64,000 bases of DNA from Cyanophyceae cyanobacterium. Lineage in GTDB: Bacteria; Cyanobacteriota; Cyanobacteriia; Cyanobacteriales; JBHJGN01. This document shows positions 9,733 through 19,899 of the stretch, in pieces. Both the position numbers and the translations under genes were made by a program. The first letter of the stretch is position 1. Every line of letters starts with the position of its first letter. A model generated the notes under the pieces. That model was not told the origin of the DNA. It did no database searches and saw nothing but the letters and a program-made list of their open reading frames with translations. The stretch is taken from the NCBI GenBank assembly GCA_050331735.1, contig JBHJGN010000020.1, positions 1 to 64,000 of the forward strand, written 5' to 3'.

Positions 9733-10716
9733 ATGAAAGTTACTTTTAAAGTCATTCGTCAGAAGGTTAATCAACCCCCGAAAATTCAGTCTTACCTTTT
9801 AGAGGTAGAGCCGAAAAATACAATTCTAGACTGTTTAGACCGCATCAAAGGAGAGATAGACGGAAGTTTAGGTTATCGGAAAAATTGCCGCAATACCATT
9901 TGCGGAAGCTGTGCGATGAGAATTAACGGACGTTCAGCGCTAGCCTGCAAAGAAAAAGTTGGCAGCGAAGTCACTCAGGGAGCCAGTCCAGAAATTACTA
10001 TTGCCCCCCTGGGCAACATGCCCGTGATTAAAGATTTAGTAGTGGATATGACCAGCTTTTGGGATAACCTAGAAGCGGTCGATCCCTACGTCAGTACCTC
10101 TGCTAGAGCCGTTCCAGAACGGGAGTTTCTCCAAAAGCCCCAGGAACGTGAACGTCTAGAGCAAATGGGCAACTGTATCATGTGTGGCGCTTGCTATTCT
10201 GAATGCAACGCCCGCGAGGTCAACTCAGAATTTGTTGGTCCCCATGCCCTCGCTAAAGCACAGCGTATGGTTATGGATACCCGTGACGCTCGGACCGAAG
10301 CCCGACTAGAAAAGTATCATGTCGGAACGGCAGGCGTTTGGGGATGTACCCGCTGCTACTGGTGTAATACCGTCTGTCCGATGGACGTGGCTCCGCTGGA
10401 TCAAATCAGCGCCATCAAGCAGCAAATTTTAGACCGCAAGGAAGCCCAAGACAGCCGCTCAATTCGTCATCGTAAGGTATTGATCGATTTGGTGAAACAA
10501 GGCGGATGGATCGATGAACGTCAGTTTGGTCTGCTAGTGGTGGGCAACTATCTTAGAGATCTACGGGGACTATTCGGTTTAGTCCCTCTTGGCTTGAGGA
10601 TGCTCGCCAGTGGCAAATTCCCCCTGCATTTTGAGCCATCGGAAGGAACCGAACAGGTGCGATCGCTTATTGAAGCAGTGCAGGCGCTAGACAATAAAAA
10701 CTTTGAAACTCGTTAG
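9733..10716 (+). CDS. sdhB: Succinate dehydrogenase/fumarate reductase iron-sulfur subunit
   Basis: CRNTICGSC, CIMCGACYSEC and CTRCYWCNTVCP cysteine clusters. Confidence 0.95.
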   Translation: MKVTFKVIRQKVNQPPKIQSYLLEVEPKNTILDCLDRIKGEIDGSLGYRKNCRNTICGSCAMRINGRSALACKEKVGSEVTQGASPEITIAPLGNMPVIKDLVVDMTSFWDNLEAVDPYVSTSARAVPEREFLQKPQERERLEQMGNCIMCGACYSECNAREVNSEFVGPHALAKAQRMVMDTRDARTEARLEKYHVGTAGVWGCTRCYWCNTVCPMDVAPLDQISAIKQQILDRKEAQDSRSIRHRKVLIDLVKQGGWIDERQFGLLVVGNYLRDLRGLFGLVPLGLRMLASGKFPLHFEPSEGTEQVRSLIEAVQALDNKNFETR

Positions 10717-10984
10717 CTCTTATTGGCATTGCCGGTAAGGGAATGCTTAACTAATATGGCCATCGCCATTTTTAGAGCAGAGGCGATCGCCCCTATCCCA
10801 ATGCCAACACATCGCCCTCTTTACTGACACTAGGGTGAGAAACGAAACCAATGAGAGTGTCGGTATCTCCCACTTCAAAGTCGTATTCTAGTAGTTTACG
10901 AGTTAACGCAACTTGTCTAAGTTTTGATGTGACGTCTGATACATTAGCGCCAGATTAAAGTTTTGAAACCAGATACCGGAGAGA

Positions 10985-11455
10985 ATGATGACTATCAAAA
11001 CTCTATACAACACTGATTTTTATCAATGGACCAAGGAAACAGCGCGAGCTATTGCTGAAAGGGATTTTGAAAGCATGGACTGGGAGAATTTACTAGAGGA
11101 AATTGAGGCGTTGGGCCGAGCAGAAAAGAAGGCGGTTAAAAGTTTTACGACTCAGTTAATGATCCACTTATTGCTTTATCAGTACTGGACGTGGCGCAGA
11201 GATTATTACGTGAAGGGATGGGAAGATGAAATTGATGAGTTTCGAGAGCAGTTAAAAGACGATCTCCAGTCAAAGATTCTCTACAACTATTTTATATCTG
11301 AGTATGACAGATGCTATCAAAGCGCCAAGCGGCGTACTGCTAGGAAATACAGGAAAGAAGACTTAGAAATTCCTGGTTTTCCAGAGCGATGTCCGTATAC
11401 GGTCGAGCAACTATTGGATTTATGTTATTATCCTGAGCTTAGTTCCACTAGATGA
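10985..11455 (+). CDS. DUF29 domain protein
   Basis: LYNTDFYQW, DWENLLEEIEALGR and FPERCPYTVEQLLD. Confidence 0.9.
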   Translation: MMTIKTLYNTDFYQWTKETARAIAERDFESMDWENLLEEIEALGRAEKKAVKSFTTQLMIHLLLYQYWTWRRDYYVKGWEDEIDEFREQLKDDLQSKILYNYFISEYDRCYQSAKRRTARKYRKEDLEIPGFPERCPYTVEQLLDLCYYPELSSTR

Positions 11456-11739
11456 TATCATCCCTTCGCGGAATAAATTGATCCAGGCTCATTCTTCCCA
11501 AAGAATTTGCTTCCAAATCCCTTTTCGCCAAGACTTTTTTCTTCAGTTTTCCCCTTTTCATCTTCTGCTCATGCTACTGCAGCTATTGGTTAGAGAGGAT
11601 CTATGCTGATATCTGAATTAGACAAAGCCTGCTGCTATTCGAGAAATATGCTCTGCCATGTTTCCGGGTACAACCGAAGTCATCTAATGTTTAGCTAGGC
11701 GCCGTTTACTAAGTCGCTCAGTCTGCTGACTAGTTACAA

Positions 11740-13206
11740 TTAGCGCACAGCCGCAACAGCATTCTGATAAATCTTCTCATTCGCCTTCACTGACTTGAAA
11801 AAGTTTACCACCGGACGAGGATAATCTACCCCTAGCCTTACTCTATAGCGCTTCTGCTCCTCACGGCTCAGCTTCCAGGGTTCGTGGATCGTGTCAGCGG
11901 GAACGTCGCTAAGTTCCGGCAGCCAATGCCTCAAATAATCTCCCTTGGGGTCATAATCTTTTGATTGCTTGGGGATATTGAAGTAGCGAAAACCGCGAGC
12001 ATCGTTACCCACGCCTGCTGTATAGTTCCAGTTCCCCCAATTGCTGCACACATCGTAATCGACTAGCAGTGATTCAAACCATTCTGCCCCCATTTGCCAG
12101 TTGATCCCTAAGTTTTTGGTCAGGAAACTTGCCACGTTCTGCCTGCCTCGGTTAGACATAAATCCAGTCGCGGCAAACTCGCGCATGTTCGCATCCACTA
12201 ACGGATAGCCTGTTTGACCTTCTCGCCACAGGCTGAAGCGTTCCCAGTCTTCTTTCCAAGGAATCTCAATGCCCTGCAATCCCGACTGATAAAAAATTCG
12301 GTTGCCGTGTTTGAGGCAGATAAACCGGAAAAAGTCTCGCCAGATCAGCTCAAAGATAAGCCAGTAGGTAGAATCGTTTTTAACCCGTTCATTCTCGTAT
12401 TTCTGTACCTGTTCGTACACGTAGCGCGGTGACAGACAGCCTAACGCAAGCCACGCAGAAAACTTGGAGGAGTAATCTGCCCCTAGCATTCCGTTTCTCG
12501 TCTGCTTATACTCTTTAAGGCAATTCTGTTTCCAGAAGTATTGCTCCAATCTCTGTTTGCCTGCTGTTTCTCCACCTTTGAATTTGAGAACACCACGCTC
12601 ATCAAATTCCGGTGGTTCTAACCCTAGATTAGTGACGGACGGTAGTTCCCCCACATCGATATCTGGTAAACTCGGTAACTCGGTTGGAGTTGGAAGAGTC
12701 GGGTTAATGGTGGAGTTTTTTTCTACTTGCTTGCGAAAGTTGGTATAAAGTTCAGGAACCTCAGAAACATCAAAGGGCAAATCGTCAATATGATAGAGGC
12801 TCGTTCCCCAAAAGGCACTCAGTTCACCATCAATTGCAGAAAGCGCTTCTTTAAGAGCCGTTTCTACCCCTAATTCTTCTGATGTTGCCTCTTCGTGGTA
12901 GTAAACAGCATCCGCCCTCAGTTCCTGCGCTAGCGCGGGTAAAACTTTCTCCGGTAAACCGCGACGCACAATTAAATCGCTGCCCAACTTCTGTAGAGAA
13001 GTTTTAAGATCGCTCAAGCTTTCTAGCAAAAACCGAGCACGATACTGACCCGTTTTGGCAAACCCAAAAGCAGTAGTGCCAAATTGCCGCTCATCGAAGC
13101 AGTACACTGGAATAACCTGAGCCTGTTCTTTAAGCGCCTGGTGCATCGGCTCATGGTCGTGGAGGCGTAAATCGTTGCGATACCAAATTAAAACTCTTTG
13201 CGTCAT
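11740..13206 (-). CDS. Cryptochrome DASH (photolyase/cryptochrome family)
   Basis: WYRNDLRLHD, YKQTRNGMLGADYSSKFSAWLALG, MSNRGRQNVASFL and DYDVCSNWGNW. Confidence 0.93.
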   Translation of the reverse strand: MTQRVLIWYRNDLRLHDHEPMHQALKEQAQVIPVYCFDERQFGTTAFGFAKTGQYRARFLLESLSDLKTSLQKLGSDLIVRRGLPEKVLPALAQELRADAVYYHEEATSEELGVETALKEALSAIDGELSAFWGTSLYHIDDLPFDVSEVPELYTNFRKQVEKNSTINPTLPTPTELPSLPDIDVGELPSVTNLGLEPPEFDERGVLKFKGGETAGKQRLEQYFWKQNCLKEYKQTRNGMLGADYSSKFSAWLALGCLSPRYVYEQVQKYENERVKNDSTYWLIFELIWRDFFRFICLKHGNRIFYQSGLQGIEIPWKEDWERFSLWREGQTGYPLVDANMREFAATGFMSNRGRQNVASFLTKNLGINWQMGAEWFESLLVDYDVCSNWGNWNYTAGVGNDARGFRYFNIPKQSKDYDPKGDYLRHWLPELSDVPADTIHEPWKLSREEQKRYRVRLGVDYPRPVVNFFKSVKANEKIYQNAVAAVR

Positions 13207-13426
13207 TTTTACTGTTTTTAGCTCAGCTTCAAGCTAACAGACGTTGGCGATCGCCTGAATCTACCGCCAAGAATAAATATTAGTTATCAATTGGATGATG
13301 GGTTTCTGCTTTCTGCAAGGTGTACCCGAGTAATTGAGAACCACGACATAGATATCACTTCTGAATTGACTAGTGCCTATCAGCGGTAGTCATAATAGAT
13401 AGTAGAAATCTATTCATTAGTATTTA

Positions 13427-14734
13427 ATGTCAGCTCATCCTGCGCCCCTACCTCCAGGTAGCTTTGGTTTCCCTCTGATTGGTGAAACCCTCAGCTTCTT
13501 GAACGACCCCGATTTTGCTGAAAAGCGCCGGAGAAAGTACGGTGCCATTTTTAAAACCAATATTCTCGGTCGTCCTACCGTCGTTATGACTGGTCCTGAA
13601 GCTAATCGCTTTCTGCTCGCTACGCACATGCACAAATTCTCCTGGCGTGAGGGATGGCCTCCCACATTTAAAGAATTACTGGGAAAATCTCTATTTCTCA
13701 TGGAAGGCGAGGAACATAAAAGGAACCGTAAGCTACTGATGCCAGCTTTTCATGGAGCAGCGTTGAGCAACTATATCTCCACAATGGAGCAGGTAATTCA
13801 GCGCTATCTGCATAAATGGGAGGAGTTAGAAAGCCTGACTTGGTTTCCGCAACTGAAGCAGATGACGTTTGAAATTGCTAGTACCTTACTAATTGGTAGT
13901 CAACCAGGAGCAATGACCGAGCAGTTATCGCAGTGGTTTGCCGACCTTACGACTGGCCTATTCGCACCCCCAATTCGATTGCCCTGGACGCGCTACGGGC
14001 GAGCCTTGAGAGCGCGGAATCAGCTTCTGAACCATATTGAAGCGGCAGTGCGGCATCGGCAACAAGAACCTGCTCAGGATGCGTTAGGACTCCTGGTACA
14101 GAGTCGGGATGAAAATGGTAACAGCCTGAGCCTCGAAGAAATTAAGGTGCAGGCACTGTTAATGCTTTTTGCCGGACATGAAACAACCACATCGATGCTC
14201 ACCTCCCTATGCATGGCTTTAGCACAGCACCCAGAAGTTTTAGCCAAGGCAAGAGCCGAACAGGAAGGTATGGTAGGAGCCTTAACTATAGGTCAGCTCA
14301 AACAAATGACCTATTTAGAGCAGGTGCTTAAAGAGGTTGAGCGCCTGTATCCTCCCATTGGCGGTGGCTTTCGAGGAGTTATAGAGTCTTTTGAATTCAA
14401 CGGCTACACCGTTCCTCAAGGCTGGATGGCGCTCTATAGAATTCCGGGAACCCATAAAGATAGTCGTATCTATAGTGAACCAGAGCGCTTCGATCCCGAC
14501 CGCTTCAGTCCAGAGCGAGCAGAACACAAGCAAACAGACTACAGCCTAGTTGGGTTTGGCGGAGGTCCACGAGTTTGTTTAGGATTTGCCTTTGCTCAAG
14601 CGGAGATGAAAATTTTTGCAGCTCATCTGCTGCGTCACTATACCTGGGAGTTGCCCAAGCAAAATCTCAGCCTCGATCCGATTCCTACTCTTCATCCCCG
14701 TTCTGGGCTGAAGGTCAAGTTTTATCGGCGGTAA
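13427..14734 (+). CDS. Cytochrome P450 (CYP120-like)
   Basis: AGHETT, EVER (ExxR), PERFDPDRF and the heme motif FGGGPRVCLG. Confidence 0.95.
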   Translation: MSAHPAPLPPGSFGFPLIGETLSFLNDPDFAEKRRRKYGAIFKTNILGRPTVVMTGPEANRFLLATHMHKFSWREGWPPTFKELLGKSLFLMEGEEHKRNRKLLMPAFHGAALSNYISTMEQVIQRYLHKWEELESLTWFPQLKQMTFEIASTLLIGSQPGAMTEQLSQWFADLTTGLFAPPIRLPWTRYGRALRARNQLLNHIEAAVRHRQQEPAQDALGLLVQSRDENGNSLSLEEIKVQALLMLFAGHETTTSMLTSLCMALAQHPEVLAKARAEQEGMVGALTIGQLKQMTYLEQVLKEVERLYPPIGGGFRGVIESFEFNGYTVPQGWMALYRIPGTHKDSRIYSEPERFDPDRFSPERAEHKQTDYSLVGFGGGPRVCLGFAFAQAEMKIFAAHLLRHYTWELPKQNLSLDPIPTLHPRSGLKVKFYRR

Positions 14735-14847
14735 ACCTTGCCAGATTAAGGCTCCGTCTAGCTAAGGCGGGGTTGAGTTAAACTAGATGTCAGTGCGCTT
14801 AGCCTCCGTCAGGAACAACGCACAGTTATTAAACCTAGTCATTCATC

Positions 14848-16557
14848 ATGGCATCCGAGCAATTCCAACCGAATCAAAATCCTCTAGAAGAAATCCGCGC
14901 CGCACGCTTAGAGAAAGTCAAGCAACTGCAAGAGTTGGGATTGAATCCTTATGCCTATAAATGGGGAATTACCCATCGCGCTGCTGCACTCCAGAAAAAG
15001 TATGCAGACTTGGGCAACGGGGAAGAAGTGGATGAAGAAGTGGCGATTGCCGGACGCATTATTGCTCGTCGAGTCTTTGGGAAACTAGCGTTTTTCGGAC
15101 TGCAAGACGAATCGGGAACGATTCAGCTTTATCTAGAGAAGAAAAGAATTGACCAATCTATGACAGAGGTTCCTAACGCCTTCAATACTCTCAAGAAACT
15201 CACCGATACGGGAGATATTTTTGGGGCAAAAGGAACAATTAAACGAACAGAAAAAGGCGAACTGTCCGTTTATGTCAGCGAGTATGCCATGCTCACCAAA
15301 ACCCTGCTGCCATTGCCGGATAAATGGCACGGGCTCACAGATACCGAAAAGCGCTATCGCCAGCGCTATGTAGATTTAATTGTCAATCCAGAAGTACGGC
15401 AAACGTTTCGTCGTCGCGCCAAAATTATTGCCGCGATTCGTCGATTCCTAGAACAGCGAGATTTCTTAGAAATCGAAACTCCTGTGCTTCAGCCGGAAGC
15501 GGGCGGTGCTGATGCGCGTCCGTTTATTACCTATCACAATACTTTGGAGATGGATCTCTATCTCCGCATTGCCACAGAACTCCACCTGAAGCGGCTAATG
15601 GTTGGGGGATTCGATAAAGTATTTGAACTCGGACGCATTTTCCGCAATGAAGGCGTTTCCACGCGCCACAATCCTGAATTTACCTCCATCGAAGTTTATC
15701 AGGCGTACGCAGACTACCACGATATCATGGCGCTGACGGAGGATCTGATTACGGCTGTTGCTGATGAAGTCATTGGTACTTTGGAAATTACCTACCAGGG
15801 CGAAACGATTAATCTGAGTACTCCCTGGCAGCGGTTAACAATGCACGAATTAGTGAAAGAACACACCGGGTTAGACTTCGAGAAGTTTGATAGCTTTGAG
15901 AGTGCGAAAGTAGCGGCTAAAGATGCTGGCATCGATCCGACAGGCTGCAACTCCATTGGTAAATTGCTCAATGAAGCGTTTGAGCAAAAGGTAGAAGAAA
16001 CATTGATTCAGCCTACCTTTGTGATCGATTACCCAGTAGAAATTTCTCCGCTGTCTAAACCCCATCGTAGTAAGCCTGGTTTAGTAGAAAGGTTTGAGCT
16101 GTTTGTTGCCGGACGAGAATTAGCGAATGGTTTTTCTGAGTTAACCGATCCCATCGACCAGCGACAGCGCTTTGAAGCCCAAGCTGCCCGCAAAGCCGCT
16201 GGTGATTTGGAAGCCCAGGGCGTGGATGAGGATTTCTTAGCGGCTTTAGAGTACGGCATGCCCCCCGCAGGCGGTGAAGGCATTGGGATCGATCGCCTGG
16301 TGATGCTGCTAACCGATTCTGCCAGTATTCGGGATGTAATTGCGTTTCCTCTTCTGAAAACTCAAAGTACAGCGATTAAATCTTTTGACTACGATGAGGA
16401 GAAAAAAGTGCTGCGCGTCCAATTTGGGAATGGCAGTGTCTATCTCTATCATGATGTTCCTGAATCGGTGTATAAAGAGATGAAAGACGCACCGTCAGTC
16501 GGGCAGTTTTTCAATACTCAGATTCGAGACAAGTTTGGTTTCGACCGCGAGGTTTAG
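14848..16557 (+). CDS. lysS: Lysine--tRNA ligase (class II) with C-terminal KTSC domain
   Basis: [26 protein letters not shown] and GIGIDRL, plus a roughly 62-aa tail IKSFDYD...[14 protein letters not shown]...SVGQFFN..IR. Confidence 0.97.
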   Translation: MASEQFQPNQNPLEEIRAARLEKVKQLQELGLNPYAYKWGITHRAAALQKKYADLGNGEEVDEEVAIAGRIIARRVFGKLAFFGLQDESGTIQLYLEKKRIDQSMTEVPNAFNTLKKLTDTGDIFGAKGTIKRTEKGELSVYVSEYAMLTKTLLPLPDKWHGLTDTEKRYRQRYVDLIVNPEVRQTFRRRAKIIAAIRRFLEQRDFLEIETPVLQPEAGGADARPFITYHNTLEMDLYLRIATELHLKRLMVGGFDKVFELGRIFRNEGVSTRHNPEFTSIEVYQAYADYHDIMALTEDLITAVADEVIGTLEITYQGETINLSTPWQRLTMHELVKEHTGLDFEKFDSFESAKVAAKDAGIDPTGCNSIGKLLNEAFEQKVEETLIQPTFVIDYPVEISPLSKPHRSKPGLVERFELFVAGRELANGFSELTDPIDQRQRFEAQAARKAAGDLEAQGVDEDFLAALEYGMPPAGGEGIGIDRLVMLLTDSASIRDVIAFPLLKTQSTAIKSFDYDEEKKVLRVQFGNGSVYLYHDVPESVYKEMKDAPSVGQFFNTQIRDKFGFDREV

Positions 16558-16668
16558 ATAAGTAAGCGATCGCCCGTTCAGCCTACAGCAGTAACAATTA
16601 AGTACAATTCTCCTCCATATACATATTAAAGTGAGACTGATAACATCAGCCTGTAGGCATCGGCAACT

Positions 16669-17253
16669 ATGACAATTATTCCCTTGCCACCAATTCTTCG
16701 ACTCAACATCGATTTAACAGACGAGCAGTTTTTTCAGCTTTGTCAGCATAACCGCGATTACCGATTTGAGCGCACCGCCAGTGGAGCACTGATTATTATG
16801 CCACCGACCGGCAGCGATACAGGTAGGCGCAACGTTAAAATTACCGCCCAGCTAGAACTGTGGAGTAGCCAAAATAATTTGGGCGTTGTCTTTGACTCTT
16901 CTAGTGGATTTAAACTACCCAACGGCGCTGAACGTTCTCCTGATGCTTCGTGGGTAAGGCAGGAACGATGGGATGCCCTTTCTCAAGAACAACAGGAAAA
17001 GTTTGCTCCTCTCTGTCCAGATTTTGTCGTAGAACTACGCTCCCGAAGTGATTCTTTAAAAGCTCTCCAGGAGAAAATGCAAGAGTATTTGGCGAATGGA
17101 GCAAAATTAGGGTGGCTAATTGATAGACAAAATCAGCGAGTAGAAATTTATCATCCAGGAAAGAAAGTCGAAATTGTACAATCTCCTGAATCTATTTCCG
17201 GTGAAGATATTCTGCCTAGATTTGTTTTGGATTTGCAGGAGATTTTGTATTAA
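16669..17253 (+). CDS. Uma2 family endonuclease-fold protein
   Basis: FDSSSGFKLPNGAERSPDASW, CPDFVVELRS and KMQEYLANGAKLGWLID. Confidence 0.92.
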   Translation: MTIIPLPPILRLNIDLTDEQFFQLCQHNRDYRFERTASGALIIMPPTGSDTGRRNVKITAQLELWSSQNNLGVVFDSSSGFKLPNGAERSPDASWVRQERWDALSQEQQEKFAPLCPDFVVELRSRSDSLKALQEKMQEYLANGAKLGWLIDRQNQRVEIYHPGKKVEIVQSPESISGEDILPRFVLDLQEILY

Positions 17254-17333
17254 CTTGTGCTTGGTGTTAGTGACCAAAATTAATGTAATCAAATTAACAA
17301 ACTTTTGTTTCTTGTCTTAGCGCTCCCCGCTCC

Positions 17334-18170
17334 CTAAGCCCGACGCTGACCAATATAGAGGAAATGGTCGCTCATAGCTAAGCCTTCTGGAGTTATTCCT
17401 GTCACTTCTACTAAATCAACCCAAGCCTCTAGTTCCGAGGATGAAAGGACATTCCCTACTGTGGGAAAGGGAGCAGTAAAAGATTCAACACCAATAAAAG
17501 CATGTTGCTCGAAACTGGCTGAAAATAGTTGTAAAAACTCTTCACTGGTAGTTAAATTAGCATAGCCCAGAGGAGGCACATGAATAGGATCGGTATTACC
17601 ATCTTTTAATAACTGCTGATGAAATTGTTGACGAGATAAAACTTGCTGAGCATGACTGCGAAATTGCTCTCTAAAATAGGCTAGGCGGTTAATTCCAGCC
17701 GCTAATATTGTTCCACCTGGCTTTAAGATTCTGGCTGCTTCATTTACAGCATTTTGTCTTTCTTCAACTGAGCATAAGTGATAAAGAGGTCCTAATAATA
17801 AAACAGCATCGCAAACTTCTGCCTTCAAGAGATCGAGATTGGTAGCCGAGATATTATAGACTTCTAACACCTGGTGAGCAAGATGAGATTGTTTAAGTCT
17901 TGTGTGGGCAGCTTCTAGTAAGCGTGAGGAAATATCTACAAGATAAAGATTGCAATTTCGTTGTGCCAAAAACTCAGCATAGTGACCAGTACCAACTCCG
18001 ATATCGGCAACGGTTGCCCCGTTAGAAATCATCTGATCTAAATAGCGCTTTGTCACAGCAAATTCAATCGGTGCCTGTTCTGTCAAACGCTCTGATTCAT
18101 AAGCAAAGGCGCGATCACTATCATAGTGTTGAGCAACATTTTCTGGCAACTTGGGTTCTTCTGCGCTCAT
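17334..18170 (-). CDS. Class I SAM-dependent methyltransferase
   Basis: VADIGVGTGHY motif I, VDIS, LLGPLYHL and RILKPGG. Confidence 0.88.
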   Translation of the reverse strand: MSAEEPKLPENVAQHYDSDRAFAYESERLTEQAPIEFAVTKRYLDQMISNGATVADIGVGTGHYAEFLAQRNCNLYLVDISSRLLEAAHTRLKQSHLAHQVLEVYNISATNLDLLKAEVCDAVLLLGPLYHLCSVEERQNAVNEAARILKPGGTILAAGINRLAYFREQFRSHAQQVLSRQQFHQQLLKDGNTDPIHVPPLGYANLTTSEEFLQLFSASFEQHAFIGVESFTAPFPTVGNVLSSSELEAWVDLVEVTGITPEGLAMSDHFLYIGQRRA

Positions 18171-18184
18171 CGTTTCTAGCTTTT

Positions 18185-19603
18185 TTAGACAGAAGATTCA
18201 GCTTTGGCTGATTTTAACGACAAACGCCCTAAAGCTTGTTTAACAAACCCCTGTAGAAAAGCTGTCCGTTGATTTTGCTGAAAAACTTGCTGTATTTTTT
18301 GACTCAATCTTTCTATGTTTAATCCTTCACCAGAAGCAGCACTGACTTCTTGCTCCTGCAAGTATTCAATTAAACTCAATCCAGCCACGCGAGTTAGATA
18401 AGCCGCACTCACTCCCTGTACTGCTCCCCCAGCAACATAGGTAAAAGCATTACTCTTCAAAATCCCGCTAATCGTTTGGGTCGAAATTTCCACGAGTCCT
18501 AGCTGAACCATTAGCTTGCCAATCGTGCCAGAAGCGGCTTGCGCTTGAGACAGGGAAAATTTTTGCTGATAAATTTCGCTCAAATCTACAAGCATCTGGG
18601 TACTAATGGCAGCGGTTGCGAGTAAGTCGAGAGCCGCTACCGGATTAGCAAACGCCGCCGCTGCCGCTACCCACTGATACTGTTCGACAACAGGTAAAGC
18701 GCGATCGCGTCTCACTCCATTCAGCAGTGCCTTAGCTTTTGTCTTTAATGAAACGGCTTCTCGCCAAGCGGTGGTGCAAATTAATTCTTGTTTCTCCTGA
18801 GTGCAGATATGGGTTAAGCGATCGCTCAGTGCCGCAACCGCAGCATCTTGCGCTTCCAGCCATTCCTGCACCGAACCATCGTCTTGATGTCGTCGGACTT
18901 TCACTGCTGCTGGAGCTGCTGCAATAGCGACAACATCTTCTTTGGAGAGAACGCCTGCAACTCGCTGGCGCAACTGCTGTAAAATCTCGGCTTTCGCTTC
19001 AGGCGTGTAGCGATCCTGCTGATTAAAAACCAGCATCAGGCGACTGTTCGCTGCTTGAAGCTGCTGGAGAATTTGCCACTGCGAATCGGTCAAATCTCCG
19101 CTTACTAAAAACAGCACAACATCGGCAGAGAGAGCAACCTGTTGAGCGTTCTCGTTATCTTCTGCCGCTGATAATGCCGTCTCTACAAACGTCAGCGTTT
19201 GCTCCTGTTTTTCTAATACTTGCTTCAGGGTCGTTTTTCCGACCTGAGAGCCTCCAGCAAGGGCGATTTGGAGCTGCTGTCTTTCGAGGCGCTGCGGCAA
19301 GTTAGCAAGCTGCTGCTGGAGTGCTGAAGTGTCTTGATTAGGAGCTTCGGTTGTGACCTGGGTCAGAATTGTTTGTGTTTGAGCGATCGCTGTTTCAACG
19401 GCTTCTCGGTCCGGCGCTGCTAGCGGCAGCACTGTCTTTCTCTGTTGCTGGAGCCACCACAGTCCCGACCCGAAAGCAACGATTCCTACCATTGCAAACT
19501 CGCCAGCGTGAATGACCGATTGACCAAAACTTTCCCATAGCCACAGCCCGAACGACACTCCAATTCCTCCGACTAGAATTGGCTTGCGTACTTTAACCGC
19601 CAT
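18185..19603 (-). CDS. YcjF/DUF697 family membrane protein with degenerate GTPase-like domain
   Basis: N-terminal TM segments, GGSQVGKTT, and C-terminal AAAAAFANPVAALDL and GGAVQGVSAAYLTR. Confidence 0.8.
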   Translation of the reverse strand: MAVKVRKPILVGGIGVSFGLWLWESFGQSVIHAGEFAMVGIVAFGSGLWWLQQQRKTVLPLAAPDREAVETAIAQTQTILTQVTTEAPNQDTSALQQQLANLPQRLERQQLQIALAGGSQVGKTTLKQVLEKQEQTLTFVETALSAAEDNENAQQVALSADVVLFLVSGDLTDSQWQILQQLQAANSRLMLVFNQQDRYTPEAKAEILQQLRQRVAGVLSKEDVVAIAAAPAAVKVRRHQDDGSVQEWLEAQDAAVAALSDRLTHICTQEKQELICTTAWREAVSLKTKAKALLNGVRRDRALPVVEQYQWVAAAAAFANPVAALDLLATAAISTQMLVDLSEIYQQKFSLSQAQAASGTIGKLMVQLGLVEISTQTISGILKSNAFTYVAGGAVQGVSAAYLTRVAGLSLIEYLQEQEVSAASGEGLNIERLSQKIQQVFQQNQRTAFLQGFVKQALGRLSLKSAKAESSV

Positions 19604-19672
19604 TTGCTCACCCCACAGCTTTCTTCCTCTATCCTAAATCCTCGCTGTCGTTTCGCAGCAGCCTCCTAGTAA

Positions 19673-19704
19673 TAAAGCTCTACAGGAATTCCTGTAGAGC
19701 TTTA
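19673..19704 (-). terminator. Perfect 32-bp palindrome just 3' of tRNA-fMet (probable terminator)
   Basis: taaagctctacaggaa|ttcctgtagagcttta. Confidence 0.7.
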
Positions 19705-19715
19705 CCTTAATGAAG

Positions 19716-19789
<74 letters not shown>

Positions 19790-19899
19790 TCGCGCTTATC
19801 CAGTATAGCGAGAAAGTCACCAAAGTAACAACCTCAATTTAAACATCAATGAACAACGAGCAGTTTGTTGATGGATCATTGTTCCCAGCTTGCTGAAGC

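Noticed and set aside
9733..10716. sdhB without sdhA/sdhC nearby
   Set aside because: Dispersed sdh genes are normal in cyanobacteria.
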